A stretch of 64,000 bases of DNA from IMG/VR virus record IMGVR_UViG_3300012988_000001, positions 62,001 to 126,000 of that record; one strand, given 5' to 3'. Shown in pieces: positions 1 through 9,710 of the stretch. Below the pieces are notes generated by a model. It was given only the letters and a program-made list of their open reading frames with translations. It searched no databases and was not told where the DNA came from. Position 1 is the stretch's first letter; each line of letters starts with the position of its first letter. A program made the translations under genes and the position numbers.

Positions 1-1030
1 TTACATGCGTTGTTCACTAGTAGATACTAAAACTATTCGTAACATTGATTTTGCAACTTACGGATATGCAGTATCTGAAACTAAGATGGATGGTCAGTAC
101 TTAAACCATACAATCATCAATAACCAATTGACCTGTACTTCCCGTAATGGTAAAGTATATGACTTCCTCGGTGCTCGTGATGAGCTAATGGCAAACCTAG
201 CACAGTCCGTACAGAAGCGTGATAATCGTTTCGGTAGCGGCGTTGTGTTCAACGGTGAATGCCTAATGATGGACGAAAGTGGACGTATTCTACCTCGCGA
301 AACTGGTAATGGTATTATCCAGAAAGCGGGCAAAGGTACTATGACACCATTTGATTCTATGCGTGTGGTATTCGTTCTATGGGATGTTCTACCTTATGAT
401 GCATTCCAAGAAGGTATTTGGGAAGTATCCCGTAAAGAGCGTCGTGAGCTATTAGAATCGGCTATTCAAGATATCGACTCTGAGTTTATTCAGATGGTTG
501 AGTACCAAAAAGTACTAAACGTTACGGAAGCATTCGAGCATAACACACTTCTAATGGAACGTGGTGAAGAGGGTTCAGTACTAAAATGTGAAAGTGCTAT
601 TTGGAAGTCTCACACATCTCCTAAGCAGTTGAAGATGAAACTCAAGATGCAACTCGACCTACGTATTGTCGGTTTCAATGAAGGTGAGAAGAAGCGTACC
701 GGGATGCTTGGTTCATTGATTCTAGAATCTGAAGATGGTCAATTGACCACAAACTGCGGTACTGGTATCAAAGAGAAAGATGCTGAGTGGACATTCAAAA
801 GTATCTGGGAAAAACGCGATGAGCTAATGGGTAAAGTTGTTACTATTGAATGTAACGAACTAACCAAAGACAAGAACTCTCTAATTCCAAAAGTGTTCCT
901 ACCTGTATTCGTGGAATTCCGTTTTGACAAAGAAACCTGCGATACGTATGAACGTATTCTAGAAATCCGTGAAAGTGCAGTAGAAGTATTTGCTCAGACT
1001 ATTTCGGAGTCACTAAAAGGTAAAAAATAA
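1..1030 (+). CDS. ATP-dependent DNA ligase, 5'-truncated by the window edge
   Basis: Motif I SETKMDG (KxDG), FNGEC, VLWD, EGSVLK, C-terminal OB domain with CGTG and FLPVFVEFRFDK; frame is open to the window start. Confidence 0.95.
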   Translation, partial: YMRCSLVDTKTIRNIDFATYGYAVSETKMDGQYLNHTIINNQLTCTSRNGKVYDFLGARDELMANLAQSVQKRDNRFGSGVVFNGECLMMDESGRILPRETGNGIIQKAGKGTMTPFDSMRVVFVLWDVLPYDAFQEGIWEVSRKERRELLESAIQDIDSEFIQMVEYQKVLNVTEAFEHNTLLMERGEEGSVLKCESAIWKSHTSPKQLKMKLKMQLDLRIVGFNEGEKKRTGMLGSLILESEDGQLTTNCGTGIKEKDAEWTFKSIWEKRDELMGKVVTIECNELTKDKNSLIPKVFLPVFVEFRFDKETCDTYERILEIRESAVEVFAQTISESLKGKK

Positions 1031-1485
1031 TGCAAGTATTCACCGTGTATATTTTCAATGAACGATTGAGAAGTGATAAAAAGCAAGGGGATTTGGCAAT
1101 CGTCGTCCCCTTTGCCATGATTGATAAGTACTCTGTTCCAATTCCCGGTTATTCTAAAATGGCTGCAATGGCAGATGCTGTGTACGGGTATGATATTGAT
1201 AAAGGTCATTTCACTACGTATAAGAATCGTCAAATCGGTTCTGGTTACAATCATAACGTACCTTTTGAGTACTTAGTAAATTCTCGTAGTATCTGGTTCA
1301 TGAATGATTACATTGGTGAAGGAATGATGCTTAACCAATTGCTTGTGGGGCAACCAACGCCCCCACAAATGTATGGTAAAAAATATTGTGAAATATCACT
1401 TGCTGGGATGAGCCATATTGAGCTATACTTGTCAGCATTGAGTGGCTACTATGGAGAAGACGATGAAATTTGCAGTGATATCTGA
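1030..1485 (+). CDS. hypothetical protein
   Basis: 151-aa ORF coupled to the ligase stop (TAATG). Confidence 0.7.
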   Translation: MQVFTVYIFNERLRSDKKQGDLAIVVPFAMIDKYSVPIPGYSKMAAMADAVYGYDIDKGHFTTYKNRQIGSGYNHNVPFEYLVNSRSIWFMNDYIGEGMMLNQLLVGQPTPPQMYGKKYCEISLAGMSHIELYLSALSGYYGEDDEICSDI

Positions 1486-2251
1486 TATTCACGGCGGGGT
1501 GGACTATCTTCATAGCGGAGACTTCAGTGATGTAGTACTAATCATTGCTGGAGACTTCGATGAAGCAAAGCGTTCCCGTTATCGGACAGAAATTGAAAAG
1601 TTGTGTGCTGTATTCAAGAATGTAGTACTAGTTCCCGGTAACCACGAGTACTATGGATCTAACATTCATAAGACTCACAAAGTACTGGAGCGTATGGATA
1701 TCGAAATCGATAACTTTATTTTTCTACAAAATAACTTTGTGTGGATTGATGATGTACTGGTTGTTGGTTCCACATTGTGGACGGACTACAACAATGATCC
1801 ATTGGTGAAGTTTGATGCTCGTATGAAGATGAATGATTACAAGCATATCCGTCATGGTACAGAATCTGAACCGTGGAAGAAAAAGCTCACAGTCGATGAC
1901 GTTGAGTTTATGCATTATGTTTCTAAGAAATATATCAAAGAAACTATTGACAGCATACGGATTCGGGTGCATAATGATATCAAGGTTGTGGTCGTCACAC
2001 ACCATGCACCAAGTTTTCAGAGTGTATCACCGAAGTACAAAAATGATTCACTAAATGCGTGTTATTGTAGTAATATGGATCAGTACATCGAAGAACTAAA
2101 GCCGAATGTTTGGATTCACGGACATGTGCACAGTAACTTCGATTACACCATTGGTGATACACGTATCATTTGTAATCCACGTGGCTATGAGTCATTCAGT
2201 GGTGCAAGTGAGAATTTTGATTACAATCCTAAATTTATTTTTGAAGTATAA
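1463..2251 (+). CDS. calcineurin-like metallophosphoesterase
   Basis: SDIHG, AGD, PGNHEYY, THHAP, HGHVH motifs; start re-assigned to ATG 1463 behind GGAG. Confidence 0.92.
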   Translation: MKFAVISDIHGGVDYLHSGDFSDVVLIIAGDFDEAKRSRYRTEIEKLCAVFKNVVLVPGNHEYYGSNIHKTHKVLERMDIEIDNFIFLQNNFVWIDDVLVVGSTLWTDYNNDPLVKFDARMKMNDYKHIRHGTESEPWKKKLTVDDVEFMHYVSKKYIKETIDSIRIRVHNDIKVVVVTHHAPSFQSVSPKYKNDSLNACYCSNMDQYIEELKPNVWIHGHVHSNFDYTIGDTRIICNPRGYESFSGASENFDYNPKFIFEV

Positions 2252-2264
2252 ACGAGGAAAACAA

Positions 2265-2942
2265 ATGAATAATACAATCGTAACACAACCACAAGCTCTA
2301 TCTATTCCTATGGTTATTGAAACTTCCCCAAATGGTGAACGTGCGTATGACCTAGGCTCCCGTCTACTTCAAGACCGTGTTATTTTCCTTGATGCTGGGT
2401 TCGATGATAATATGGCACACATCATCAAACAGTCTTTGTACTACATGGATGCACAGAGTCGTGAGCCAATCACACTATACATTACGTCGCCGGGTGGTTC
2501 TGTTCACGCAGGTCTAGGCATTGCGGATATCGTATCTATGATGAAATCCCCAATCCACACTATTGTACTAGGTATTGCGGCATCTATGGGTTGCTACATG
2601 CAGTCTACTATGGGTTCAAAAGGTATGCGTCTAGCTGGTAAACGTGCACAGATTATGGCACACCAAGTATCTTCAGGAACTCAAGGGACTCTAGCAGACC
2701 AGAAAATCTCTCTAGCTCACAGCGAACTACTAGATGAAATGCTAGCACGTGAAATCGCTGAAGCAGTAGGTGTAACTTATGAACAATACAAACAAGATAC
2801 TATTCGTGATATGTGGATGACTGCTGAACAAGCACTAAACTACGGCGAGAAAGGTTTCATTGATGGTATTATTATTGGTGACCGCAACGAAGATGGTAAA
2901 CTACTCATCGAACGTCGCGGCGGTGTGCAGGAGTACATTTAA
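2265..2942 (+). CDS. clpP: ClpP-family serine protease subunit
   Basis: SRLLQDRVIFL, YITSPGGSVHAG, catalytic AASMG (Ser), MAHQ (His), RDMWMTAEQA (Asp); RBS GAGG before ATG 2265. Confidence 0.95.
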   Translation: MNNTIVTQPQALSIPMVIETSPNGERAYDLGSRLLQDRVIFLDAGFDDNMAHIIKQSLYYMDAQSREPITLYITSPGGSVHAGLGIADIVSMMKSPIHTIVLGIAASMGCYMQSTMGSKGMRLAGKRAQIMAHQVSSGTQGTLADQKISLAHSELLDEMLAREIAEAVGVTYEQYKQDTIRDMWMTAEQALNYGEKGFIDGIIIGDRNEDGKLLIERRGGVQEYI

Positions 2943-3238
2943 TGTCGGAAAAACTACTAGTACGGGGCTTAACCGCCCCAGTTGAAGCAGAAGTTGTTAG
3001 TACTTCAGAGTTTGAAACTCTAGCGTTTGATCAAATCTCTCAAATCGCACTAGACCTTTCATTCAGCAAAGAAGCTGGTGAAGTACTAGAAGGTATGAGC
3101 GATATGCTTGAACTAATGAAAGCGATTCTTGAAGCTAAGAACATCGCACCAATGAATCTATTCACCACAGCAGAGCGTCTTCGTACAGAAGAAGGGACAT
3201 TTGCTGATAAGAAAGCAGTAAGTCAGGAGCAGGAATAA
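2942..3238 (+). CDS. hypothetical protein
   Basis: 98-aa ORF, coupled start, CTA-rich phage codon usage. Confidence 0.75.
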   Translation: MSEKLLVRGLTAPVEAEVVSTSEFETLAFDQISQIALDLSFSKEAGEVLEGMSDMLELMKAILEAKNIAPMNLFTTAERLRTEEGTFADKKAVSQEQE

Positions 3239-3684
3239 TGAGCAATACAAACCAACAGTTCAACGAAGGTTATCAGTACTTCAAACAAAACGGTGCTATG
3301 GATATGGACCTACTAAAACAACGTAGTCCACTATTCCGTAATGGTTACCGTAACGCACAGGAAGAAGCAGCACGTAAGACTGTTGGACCATTCCCTACAA
3401 CTCTATACGACATTCCTCGTCGTCCAGAGAACTACAAACCAACGTGGAACGACATTATGGCAGCTTGCCGTCGCCCACGTATGATGAAACTACAACAAGA
3501 GCATCTACAACCACTACTCGTTGAAATTGTCCGGGCTGTGGAAAAGAATTGTTCAGATTGTCATCGTTACTCTGATGTACTTAAAAAGGTTGACACCGCG
3601 TTTGATATCATGCTACAGTATGGTTATGACGAAGGTATTCTTGATGAACGTGATCTAAAACAATACGATTACGTGCCAAAATAA
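3238..3684 (+). CDS. hypothetical protein
   Basis: 148-aa ORF, coupled start, followed by terminator. Confidence 0.75.
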   Translation: MSNTNQQFNEGYQYFKQNGAMDMDLLKQRSPLFRNGYRNAQEEAARKTVGPFPTTLYDIPRRPENYKPTWNDIMAACRRPRMMKLQQEHLQPLLVEIVRAVEKNCSDCHRYSDVLKKVDTAFDIMLQYGYDEGILDERDLKQYDYVPK

Positions 3685-3690
3685 TCAATA

Positions 3691-3716
3691 AGGCCGCTTC
3701 ATGCGGCCTATCTTTT
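3691..3716 (+). terminator. intrinsic terminator
   Basis: AGGCCGC-TTCAT-GCGGCCT then ATCTTTT. Confidence 0.75.
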
Positions 3717-3726
3717 CGAGGTGTAT

Positions 3727-4248
3727 ATGAAACTAAAAAAGTTTACACAAGTTGAAACAAATGAATTAATTGCCGACCTTAACCAGTACTGGAAACTATG
3801 TGCAGAAATTACTGCCATTGCTAAATTCCGCATTGAGGAAGCGTATGCAGGGCATATACGCGATTTCAAGTGGAGTTGGAAACACCCCTTCACCTATCGT
3901 ATTAAGTCCGTAGAAGACCTTACATACAAGATTTGCGGAGGTCAATTCCGTTCAGTGTATAATCAATTTATATTTGACAAAGGCTTCACTACTTTATTAT
4001 CATGCTGGTTTGGTGATTCTGATGCTGACTATGCTTTTGTACAGCAACATTACGAAGATATTACCGTAGCAGCGGCAAAGATTGGTTATTGGAAACATGA
4101 CCATATTGGTATTTTCCATGAGCTAGTGGAAAAGTATGCCGAACATCCTCTAGTACCGGACGCAGATGACATTGAACTAATCAAAGAAGTTCGCTCACGT
4201 CTAGAGACACTTCAAACTTATTTGGATTCCTATAACAATGCAATATAA
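3727..4248 (+). CDS. hypothetical protein (first of three similar-sized tandem ORFs)
   Basis: ATG 3727 behind GAGGTG. Confidence 0.75.
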   Translation: MKLKKFTQVETNELIADLNQYWKLCAEITAIAKFRIEEAYAGHIRDFKWSWKHPFTYRIKSVEDLTYKICGGQFRSVYNQFIFDKGFTTLLSCWFGDSDADYAFVQQHYEDITVAAAKIGYWKHDHIGIFHELVEKYAEHPLVPDADDIELIKEVRSRLETLQTYLDSYNNAI

Positions 4249-4765
4249 TCTAACTGAAGAACAAAGTACTAAATTTTATAACGATCTTAAAGATGCAGTA
4301 GCCCTAATTGATGAAGTTCAAGCAGCAGCAATTATTGCATTCGAAGGTTGGTATCAAGACTATCTAAACAACCATCATAGTATCTTTGGTTTCAAACCAA
4401 TGAGTATTGAAAAGTTTGGTAAGAAGATTACTCTTACTAAACGTATTCAGATTGTTACGGATCACAATGATAAACGCTATATTGAAAACCTAGATGGATG
4501 GAGTGCTAATTTACGCCCAAAAACTATTTGTAAACTAACTGGTAATGAATACCTAGATATTCTAGGTGAAGTAAATGTAGTAAGTGCTGCATGTACTGCT
4601 TCAATGATTCGTTATCGTGAGTACAATGAATGGTCTGAAATGATCAAAAAGATGGAAACGTACATGCAAGTACCTTATACTATTGATCAGGAATGGTTGG
4701 ATGTTCTAGAAGCACTACCACGTAATATTATGTACTATGAACTAGTCATGAGGAAGGTTAAATGA
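4238..4765 (+). CDS. hypothetical protein
   Basis: 175-aa ORF overlapping the upstream stop. Confidence 0.75.
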   Translation: MQYNLTEEQSTKFYNDLKDAVALIDEVQAAAIIAFEGWYQDYLNNHHSIFGFKPMSIEKFGKKITLTKRIQIVTDHNDKRYIENLDGWSANLRPKTICKLTGNEYLDILGEVNVVSAACTASMIRYREYNEWSEMIKKMETYMQVPYTIDQEWLDVLEALPRNIMYYELVMRKVK

Positions 4766-5262
4766 TTTTAGAAACACTAACACCAAAGCAAACGGCAGTT
4801 TGGATTAAGAATCTAAACAAAGTTATTGATTTGCGTTGTGCGGTTAAAACATATCATAATGATCACTACAAGCGGAATGAAAAACTATTCAATGACAGTT
4901 ACGGTTCTTTATATAAGTCATGGCATAGTATTTCAGATTTCGGTGACGTGGACATTTGTTGGGACGGACATTATCGGGTTCCCGGTTCTATTTGGTTTGG
5001 TGTTATTAAAAAGCTACCACCAATACCAGAACGACTTTTGAACTATAAATTATTCCTACGCTTCAAGTACAAGAACACTCGTGATACAGTACTAGCACGG
5101 TTGAAGCAGAAATGGGAGCGTTACGCAACTAAACCATTCCAAATCCAAGAGGGTGACTTAGAGATGTATCAAACCCTATTCGAATGGCACAGTGAATTGA
5201 AAGCTATCCTAGTAGAAGGAGGGGTATACGATGAAGCATTCGACTTGGATGAAGATCGCTAA
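4762..5262 (+). CDS. hypothetical protein
   Basis: 166-aa ORF, RBS GAGGAAGG. Confidence 0.75.
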   Translation: MILETLTPKQTAVWIKNLNKVIDLRCAVKTYHNDHYKRNEKLFNDSYGSLYKSWHSISDFGDVDICWDGHYRVPGSIWFGVIKKLPPIPERLLNYKLFLRFKYKNTRDTVLARLKQKWERYATKPFQIQEGDLEMYQTLFEWHSELKAILVEGGVYDEAFDLDEDR

Positions 5263-5701
5263 AGCGGTTGCTGATGAAAGTAAATGCATTTCACAACATG
5301 TAGGTGCTGTGATTGTCCAGAACGACCGTATTGTGAGTACTGGCTATAATGGAACACCAGAGAAGCAGCCTAACTGCTGTGACGTGAATAAGCACTTGGT
5401 GAACGGTGGGAAATTTCAGCAATGGAATACTGAGGAAGCAAAGCTAACTCATCACCACTGGAGTCAAATGCATGAGATTCATGCTGAGATGAACGCACTA
5501 TTGTACAGTGCACCTAAAGATCGTATTGGGGCAACACTTTATAGTACTCTTCAGCCCTGCTACACTTGTTCTCTATTGATTGCTGGAAGTGGAATTACAC
5601 GTGTAATTTATGAAAATGAATATCCTCGTACTCCTAAAGAAGCAATTGCAGTACTAAAGAATGCTGGGATTACTGTTAACAAACTATCTGATTTGGAGTA
5701 A
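5231..5701 (+). CDS. dCMP deaminase
   Basis: SKCISQHVGAVIV, STGYNGTP, HAEMNA and PCYTC zinc motifs. Confidence 0.93.
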   Translation: MKHSTWMKIAKAVADESKCISQHVGAVIVQNDRIVSTGYNGTPEKQPNCCDVNKHLVNGGKFQQWNTEEAKLTHHHWSQMHEIHAEMNALLYSAPKDRIGATLYSTLQPCYTCSLLIAGSGITRVIYENEYPRTPKEAIAVLKNAGITVNKLSDLE

Positions 5702-5704
5702 TCG

Positions 5705-5989
5705 ATGAATCCAATACTTCTTCTTATCATTACATTTTGTTTCATGGGTTGTTGTGGATTCTTAGTATTCATGATGAACCATTTCATTGAACGTGGTACA
5801 CGTATTGATTTAAACCGTGGCCGACAAAACTACAAAGTACGGTTCAATCCAAAAAATAACAAATACTATCTAGCCAATGCATCAAACTTTGGTGATATTG
5901 ATGTTGTACGCTTTGGATTATTCCGGGTGTATTATAAGAGTAAGATTGATGCCGATTTCGTTATGCAGAAACTAAACGATCCATCATAA
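5705..5989 (+). CDS. small membrane protein
   Basis: N-terminal hydrophobic segment; 94 aa. Confidence 0.65.
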   Translation: MNPILLLIITFCFMGCCGFLVFMMNHFIERGTRIDLNRGRQNYKVRFNPKNNKYYLANASNFGDIDVVRFGLFRVYYKSKIDADFVMQKLNDPS

Positions 5990-6017
5990 GAAAAGGGAGC
6001 CAATGGCTCCCTTTTTT
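5990..6017. terminator. bidirectional intrinsic terminator between convergent genes
   Basis: AAAAGGGAGCC-AAT-GGCTCCCTTTTTT. Confidence 0.9.
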
Positions 6018-6030
6018 GATTTAATTTAAA

Positions 6031-6705
6031 TTATGGTGCTGCTGTTACAGTAACTGCACAAGTAGCGGTATGAGAACCATCAGTTGTGGTTACAGTAATA
6101 GTTGCTGAACCTGCACCAACGAAAGTAACAAGACCAGTACTAGAAACTGTTGCTACACCGGAAGCACTAGTTGTCCAAGTTACTGATTTATCTGTTGCAT
6201 TTGCTGGTAACACAGTAGCCGCTAGTTGTTGTGCTGCATCACCAACCACTGCTGTAAGAGTAGTAGGTAGAACTGACACACTAGTAACATTAACTACTGG
6301 TGGAACTGGAACTGAAGTTTGTGCATTAAAATCAACTACATCAACTTCTTTACCATTGGAAAGAATGATTTTGTTAGGGAAGAATTTGTATGCATATCCA
6401 AGAACATCACCTGAATCTAGGTCATATACTTTAACTGCAAATTGATTCTTAGCTAAACCATCTTCAATTTCTGATTTAGTTGCATCAAGAGCAAGATCTT
6501 TAAAATCTTTATCTTTACTAACCATTTTCATGAAGTCGTAAACAGTACTGGTATCTTCGGTAACAAGATCGAAAACACGAGTAGAACGTTGACTGATGAT
6601 AAACAAATCATCAGCGATTGCTTGTGTATCGTTATCAACTGCGGCAAAAACACTAATACCACCAACATTAAATGGTAATTCTCCAAATTTAGCTATAGGC
6701 TTCAT
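6031..6705 (-). CDS. virion surface protein with C-terminal bacterial Ig-like (Big_2) domain
   Basis: C-terminal VTSVSV...LAATVLPANATDKSVTWTTS...ATVSSTGLVT...GSATITVTT is a typical Big_2 repeat; RBS AAGGAG and TAAATA upstream. Confidence 0.85.
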   Translation of the reverse strand: MKPIAKFGELPFNVGGISVFAAVDNDTQAIADDLFIISQRSTRVFDLVTEDTSTVYDFMKMVSKDKDFKDLALDATKSEIEDGLAKNQFAVKVYDLDSGDVLGYAYKFFPNKIILSNGKEVDVVDFNAQTSVPVPPVVNVTSVSVLPTTLTAVVGDAAQQLAATVLPANATDKSVTWTTSASGVATVSSTGLVTFVGAGSATITVTTTDGSHTATCAVTVTAAP

Positions 6706-6736
6706 TGGTTTCTCCTTTATAAAAAGTACTTTAGTA

Positions 6737-6742
6737 TATTTA
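6737..6742 (-). promoter_or_regulatory. putative late promoter TAAATA
   Basis: T4 late-promoter-like core about 30 nt upstream of the Ig-domain gene; the motif is short and AT-rich. Confidence 0.5.
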
Positions 6743-6747
6743 TTATA

Positions 6748-7782
6748 TTACAGGTAGGATGCATCCAACATAACTTTAAGTTCAGTAACATCACCAGTAA
6801 CTAAATGTCTTGCAACAATAGTTCCAACAAATAAACCAGTTGGAATTTCACCCGGTGGTGGAGAGATTTCTAAGTACTGATTAAAGAATTTATAACGTTC
6901 GATATTCTGAATAGCAGTGAAATTAGAATTAACAGCACTATCAGTTATATCACGACCAAATTTATAATCTTTGAATACGTACTTACCATTAATGAATTCC
7001 AATCTCCAAGAAATATTATTATCATTAATTATACCTTGGTTATTTCCATAATAAGTCATAGTGACACCATACAGATCGGTAATTTTACCAATGAATTCAG
7101 TGGATACAATACCAATACTAAATGGTAATGTATATTCTTGATTTTTTGTTTTATCCATTTTAATAGTATAAGTACTGTCAACTGGAGCAACCACTGGATT
7201 ATACGCACCTGTTCCGTTTGGTTGCCATAACCTTGCTGCCATTGCAACTTCAATAATTCCATCCGTCGCGGTGACCATGCTTAAATTTGAATTACCGGAA
7301 CCGATCATTAATTCGTTGGGTTTACCAACTTTATGGAATGCAACTTGTGCACCATCAGGCTCAAATGTAGGAGGAACTGGAACTGGCATTGGAACATAAA
7401 AGATGCTATAATCAGGAACGAAAAACGTTATGTCGTTAGAAAGGTGGATTAGATTTGATTGTAGTTTTATGCAGTACCCAACAGTTGCACTTGTATCATC
7501 AATTGCACGTATAAAGAAAGTTCCATTGGAAATAGAAGATAGTACTTCATCATCTGTTGCAGTATTGGAAAGTACTTGTCCAGAAGTTGACATACCAGTG
7601 ATGGTTAGTTTAATATGTAGTGTGTTGGTTGCAACATCTAGTAAATCAAAACGTTTGTTAGAACGCTGCTTCACTATACGCAAATCTTTGATTGTAGTTC
7701 CATCTGTCAGTTTTGCTCCAGCAACAACCATACCAGTAACACCGAATGGCAGTTGATAACTACCCGCAATAGGTTTACCCAT
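6748..7782 (-). CDS. putative virion protein; N-terminal domain paralogous to 6031-6705
   Basis: KPIA...LPF.V.G...I..QRS...FDL shared N-terminus; RBS AAGGAG and TAAATA upstream. Confidence 0.75.
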   Translation of the reverse strand: MGKPIAGSYQLPFGVTGMVVAGAKLTDGTTIKDLRIVKQRSNKRFDLLDVATNTLHIKLTITGMSTSGQVLSNTATDDEVLSSISNGTFFIRAIDDTSATVGYCIKLQSNLIHLSNDITFFVPDYSIFYVPMPVPVPPTFEPDGAQVAFHKVGKPNELMIGSGNSNLSMVTATDGIIEVAMAARLWQPNGTGAYNPVVAPVDSTYTIKMDKTKNQEYTLPFSIGIVSTEFIGKITDLYGVTMTYYGNNQGIINDNNISWRLEFINGKYVFKDYKFGRDITDSAVNSNFTAIQNIERYKFFNQYLEISPPPGEIPTGLFVGTIVARHLVTGDVTELKVMLDASYL

Positions 7783-7814
7783 AATTTTGTCTCCTTAAAA
7801 GAGTTATATAAAAA

Positions 7815-7820
7815 TATTTA
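7815..7820 (-). promoter_or_regulatory. putative late promoter TAAATA
   Basis: Same core about 30 nt upstream of 7782. Confidence 0.5.
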
Positions 7821-7840
7821 CTAAAAAATATTGATTTCTC

Positions 7841-7870
7841 TTGACATACGCCGGGGTAAAGATCTATAAT
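7841..7870 (+). promoter_or_regulatory. sigma70-type promoter
   Basis: TTGACA-18 nt-TATAAT. Confidence 0.75.
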
Positions 7871-7920
7871 TTCACACATCGCAGAAAACTGTGGTAAAAA
7901 ATATTGCATTCAAAAATGTT

Positions 7921-7948
7921 GGGACAAACGAAAAAAATGTGATATAAT
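7921..7948 (+). promoter_or_regulatory. GGGACA-class promoter (copy 1)
   Basis: TTGGGACAAAC...TGTGA-TATAAT, 16-nt spacer. Confidence 0.8.
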
Positions 7949-7957
7949 AATGATGTA

Positions 7958-7975
7958 GACAGCGATGTAGCTGTC
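7958..7975 (+). promoter_or_regulatory. GAUGUA-loop leader hairpin (copy 1)
   Basis: GACAGC-GATGTA-GCTGTC upstream of NadM-Nudix. Confidence 0.65.
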
Positions 7976-8006
7976 GGTAATGAAATAACTAAGGAGTACT
8001 TAGAAA

Positions 8007-9116
8007 ATGAAAGAAAAAGTCTATGTTTATATTGGTCGCTTCCAAATGGCACACGTTGGTCATGAAGCAGTAATTACACACGCAGCATCTAAAGCAGACC
8101 GTCTAGTTCTACTAGTAGGTTCCGCAGATCTTGCACGTGATCCAAAAAACCCGTTCACTTTTGAAGAACGCAAATCCGTGCTAGAAGCAATGGCACAACG
8201 TATTGTTACTGAGCAATGGTCACAAGGCCGTTCAGTGAAGGTTGATATTCTACCAGTTCACGACTATACGTATAACAATACTAAGTGGTTAAAAGAAGTA
8301 CAAAACCAAGTACGTTCAGTTACTAACAGTACTGATATTACTTTGGCAGGTTGCCGTAAAGATGGCGATACCAGTACTTTCTACCTTGACTTCTTCCCGC
8401 AGTGGAAACAAGATTTTATCAATGAAGTATCAGAAGTATCACTAACCAAAGTTAGTCGTTCTAGCGGTGAAAAAACCGATTTGGGTTCTGTTGCCATCAG
8501 CAGCACTAAACTTCGTAATCAATACTTCAGTACTAAACAGGTTCCATCAGATCTCCCACAAGAAACTGCTGAGTTCCTAGAAAAGTTCAAAGTTCGTTCT
8601 CCTGAGATTCTTGACAATCTCGTGAATGAGCATAACTTCGTAGTACGTTACAAAGAACAAATGAACACACAGCTTCCTTACAACAACATTCCATTCCTAA
8701 CGGGTGATGCTCTAGTTGTATGTGCTGGTCACGTTCTACTTGTGAAGCGTCGTACTTATCCGGGTAAAGGTCTATGGGCGTTACCGGGCGGTTTCTTCGA
8801 TGCATGGGTTGATCAAACTCAAGTTGATACGGCTCTACGTGAACTAAAAGAAGAAACTAAGATTCAAGTACCTTACAAAACTCTAAAAGGTTCTATTGTG
8901 AAGGTCGATGAATTCGGTGATTTCGAGCGTTCTCTACGCTGGCGTCTAATCACCAAGTGTGCTTACATCAAACTTGATGGTTCCACACTACCAAATGTAA
9001 AAGGCAGTGATGACGCAGAGAAAGCGTTCTGGGTTCCTCTATCTGAGATTACCAAGAATCGCCACATGTTCTTTGAAGATCACTACTCAATCATTGACAC
9101 TATGATTGGTTTATAA
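8007..9116 (+). CDS. nadM: bifunctional NMN adenylyltransferase / ADP-ribose pyrophosphatase (NadM-Nudix)
   Basis: YIGRFQMAHVGH (HxGH), NPFTFEER, SSTKLR; Nudix box GGFFD...TALRELKEET; GSDDAEKAFW; FFEDH. Confidence 0.95.
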   Translation: MKEKVYVYIGRFQMAHVGHEAVITHAASKADRLVLLVGSADLARDPKNPFTFEERKSVLEAMAQRIVTEQWSQGRSVKVDILPVHDYTYNNTKWLKEVQNQVRSVTNSTDITLAGCRKDGDTSTFYLDFFPQWKQDFINEVSEVSLTKVSRSSGEKTDLGSVAISSTKLRNQYFSTKQVPSDLPQETAEFLEKFKVRSPEILDNLVNEHNFVVRYKEQMNTQLPYNNIPFLTGDALVVCAGHVLLVKRRTYPGKGLWALPGGFFDAWVDQTQVDTALRELKEETKIQVPYKTLKGSIVKVDEFGDFERSLRWRLITKCAYIKLDGSTLPNVKGSDDAEKAFWVPLSEITKNRHMFFEDHYSIIDTMIGL

Positions 9117-9117
9117 T

Positions 9118-9663
9118 ATGCTATACTGTCTCTCACGTGATATATTTGACGATTTGATGGCAGTAAAGCATCATGAACATAGCAAGTACGATGGAACAAA
9201 TGCTTGTCATTTCGTACTTGACAATCAAGCAAAAGAGTGTAAACTAGTCAGTACTTTACCGATGATCTTAGCTGCTGCAAGGCAGTTAAGGGATAAGAGG
9301 GAATGGCAAAATGCATCTCTTATAGCACGAATGTGGGTATCAACAGTGTACCCATTCTCATCCGAGGTTATTGACTTGGACTTTAAACACCAAGACATTG
9401 ACGAAGGATACTGGGAGTACTGGTATGCTAGTTTAGGAGCTAAGAAGCTCTTTATTAGTAAAGGATACTTCTCAAACGCAATTAAAGTTAACGGTGGAGT
9501 TCCCCGCTACTGTATAGACGATGGGCTATCAGTTAAGGAATATACGTTATCTGAGATTGAACAAAGTAATCAGTATTTTAAACTGAGTGCTGTCTTCCCA
9601 GCAGAACCACGAATGTTCGCAGACGACAACGCGGAATATATGATTCCTTACAACATAATCTGA
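9118..9663 (+). CDS. hypothetical protein within the NAD operon
   Basis: ORF between the two NAD genes. Confidence 0.7.
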   Translation: MLYCLSRDIFDDLMAVKHHEHSKYDGTNACHFVLDNQAKECKLVSTLPMILAAARQLRDKREWQNASLIARMWVSTVYPFSSEVIDLDFKHQDIDEGYWEYWYASLGAKKLFISKGYFSNAIKVNGGVPRYCIDDGLSVKEYTLSEIEQSNQYFKLSAVFPAEPRMFADDNAEYMIPYNII

Positions 9664-9681
9664 AAGGCGATGTAGCTTTTC
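9662..9681 (+). promoter_or_regulatory. GAUGUA-loop leader hairpin (copy 2)
   Basis: GAAAGGC-GATGTA-GCTTTTC upstream of Nampt. Confidence 0.65.
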
Positions 9682-9710
9682 TTAACACTTTATCCGAAGA
9701 GGAAACAACC

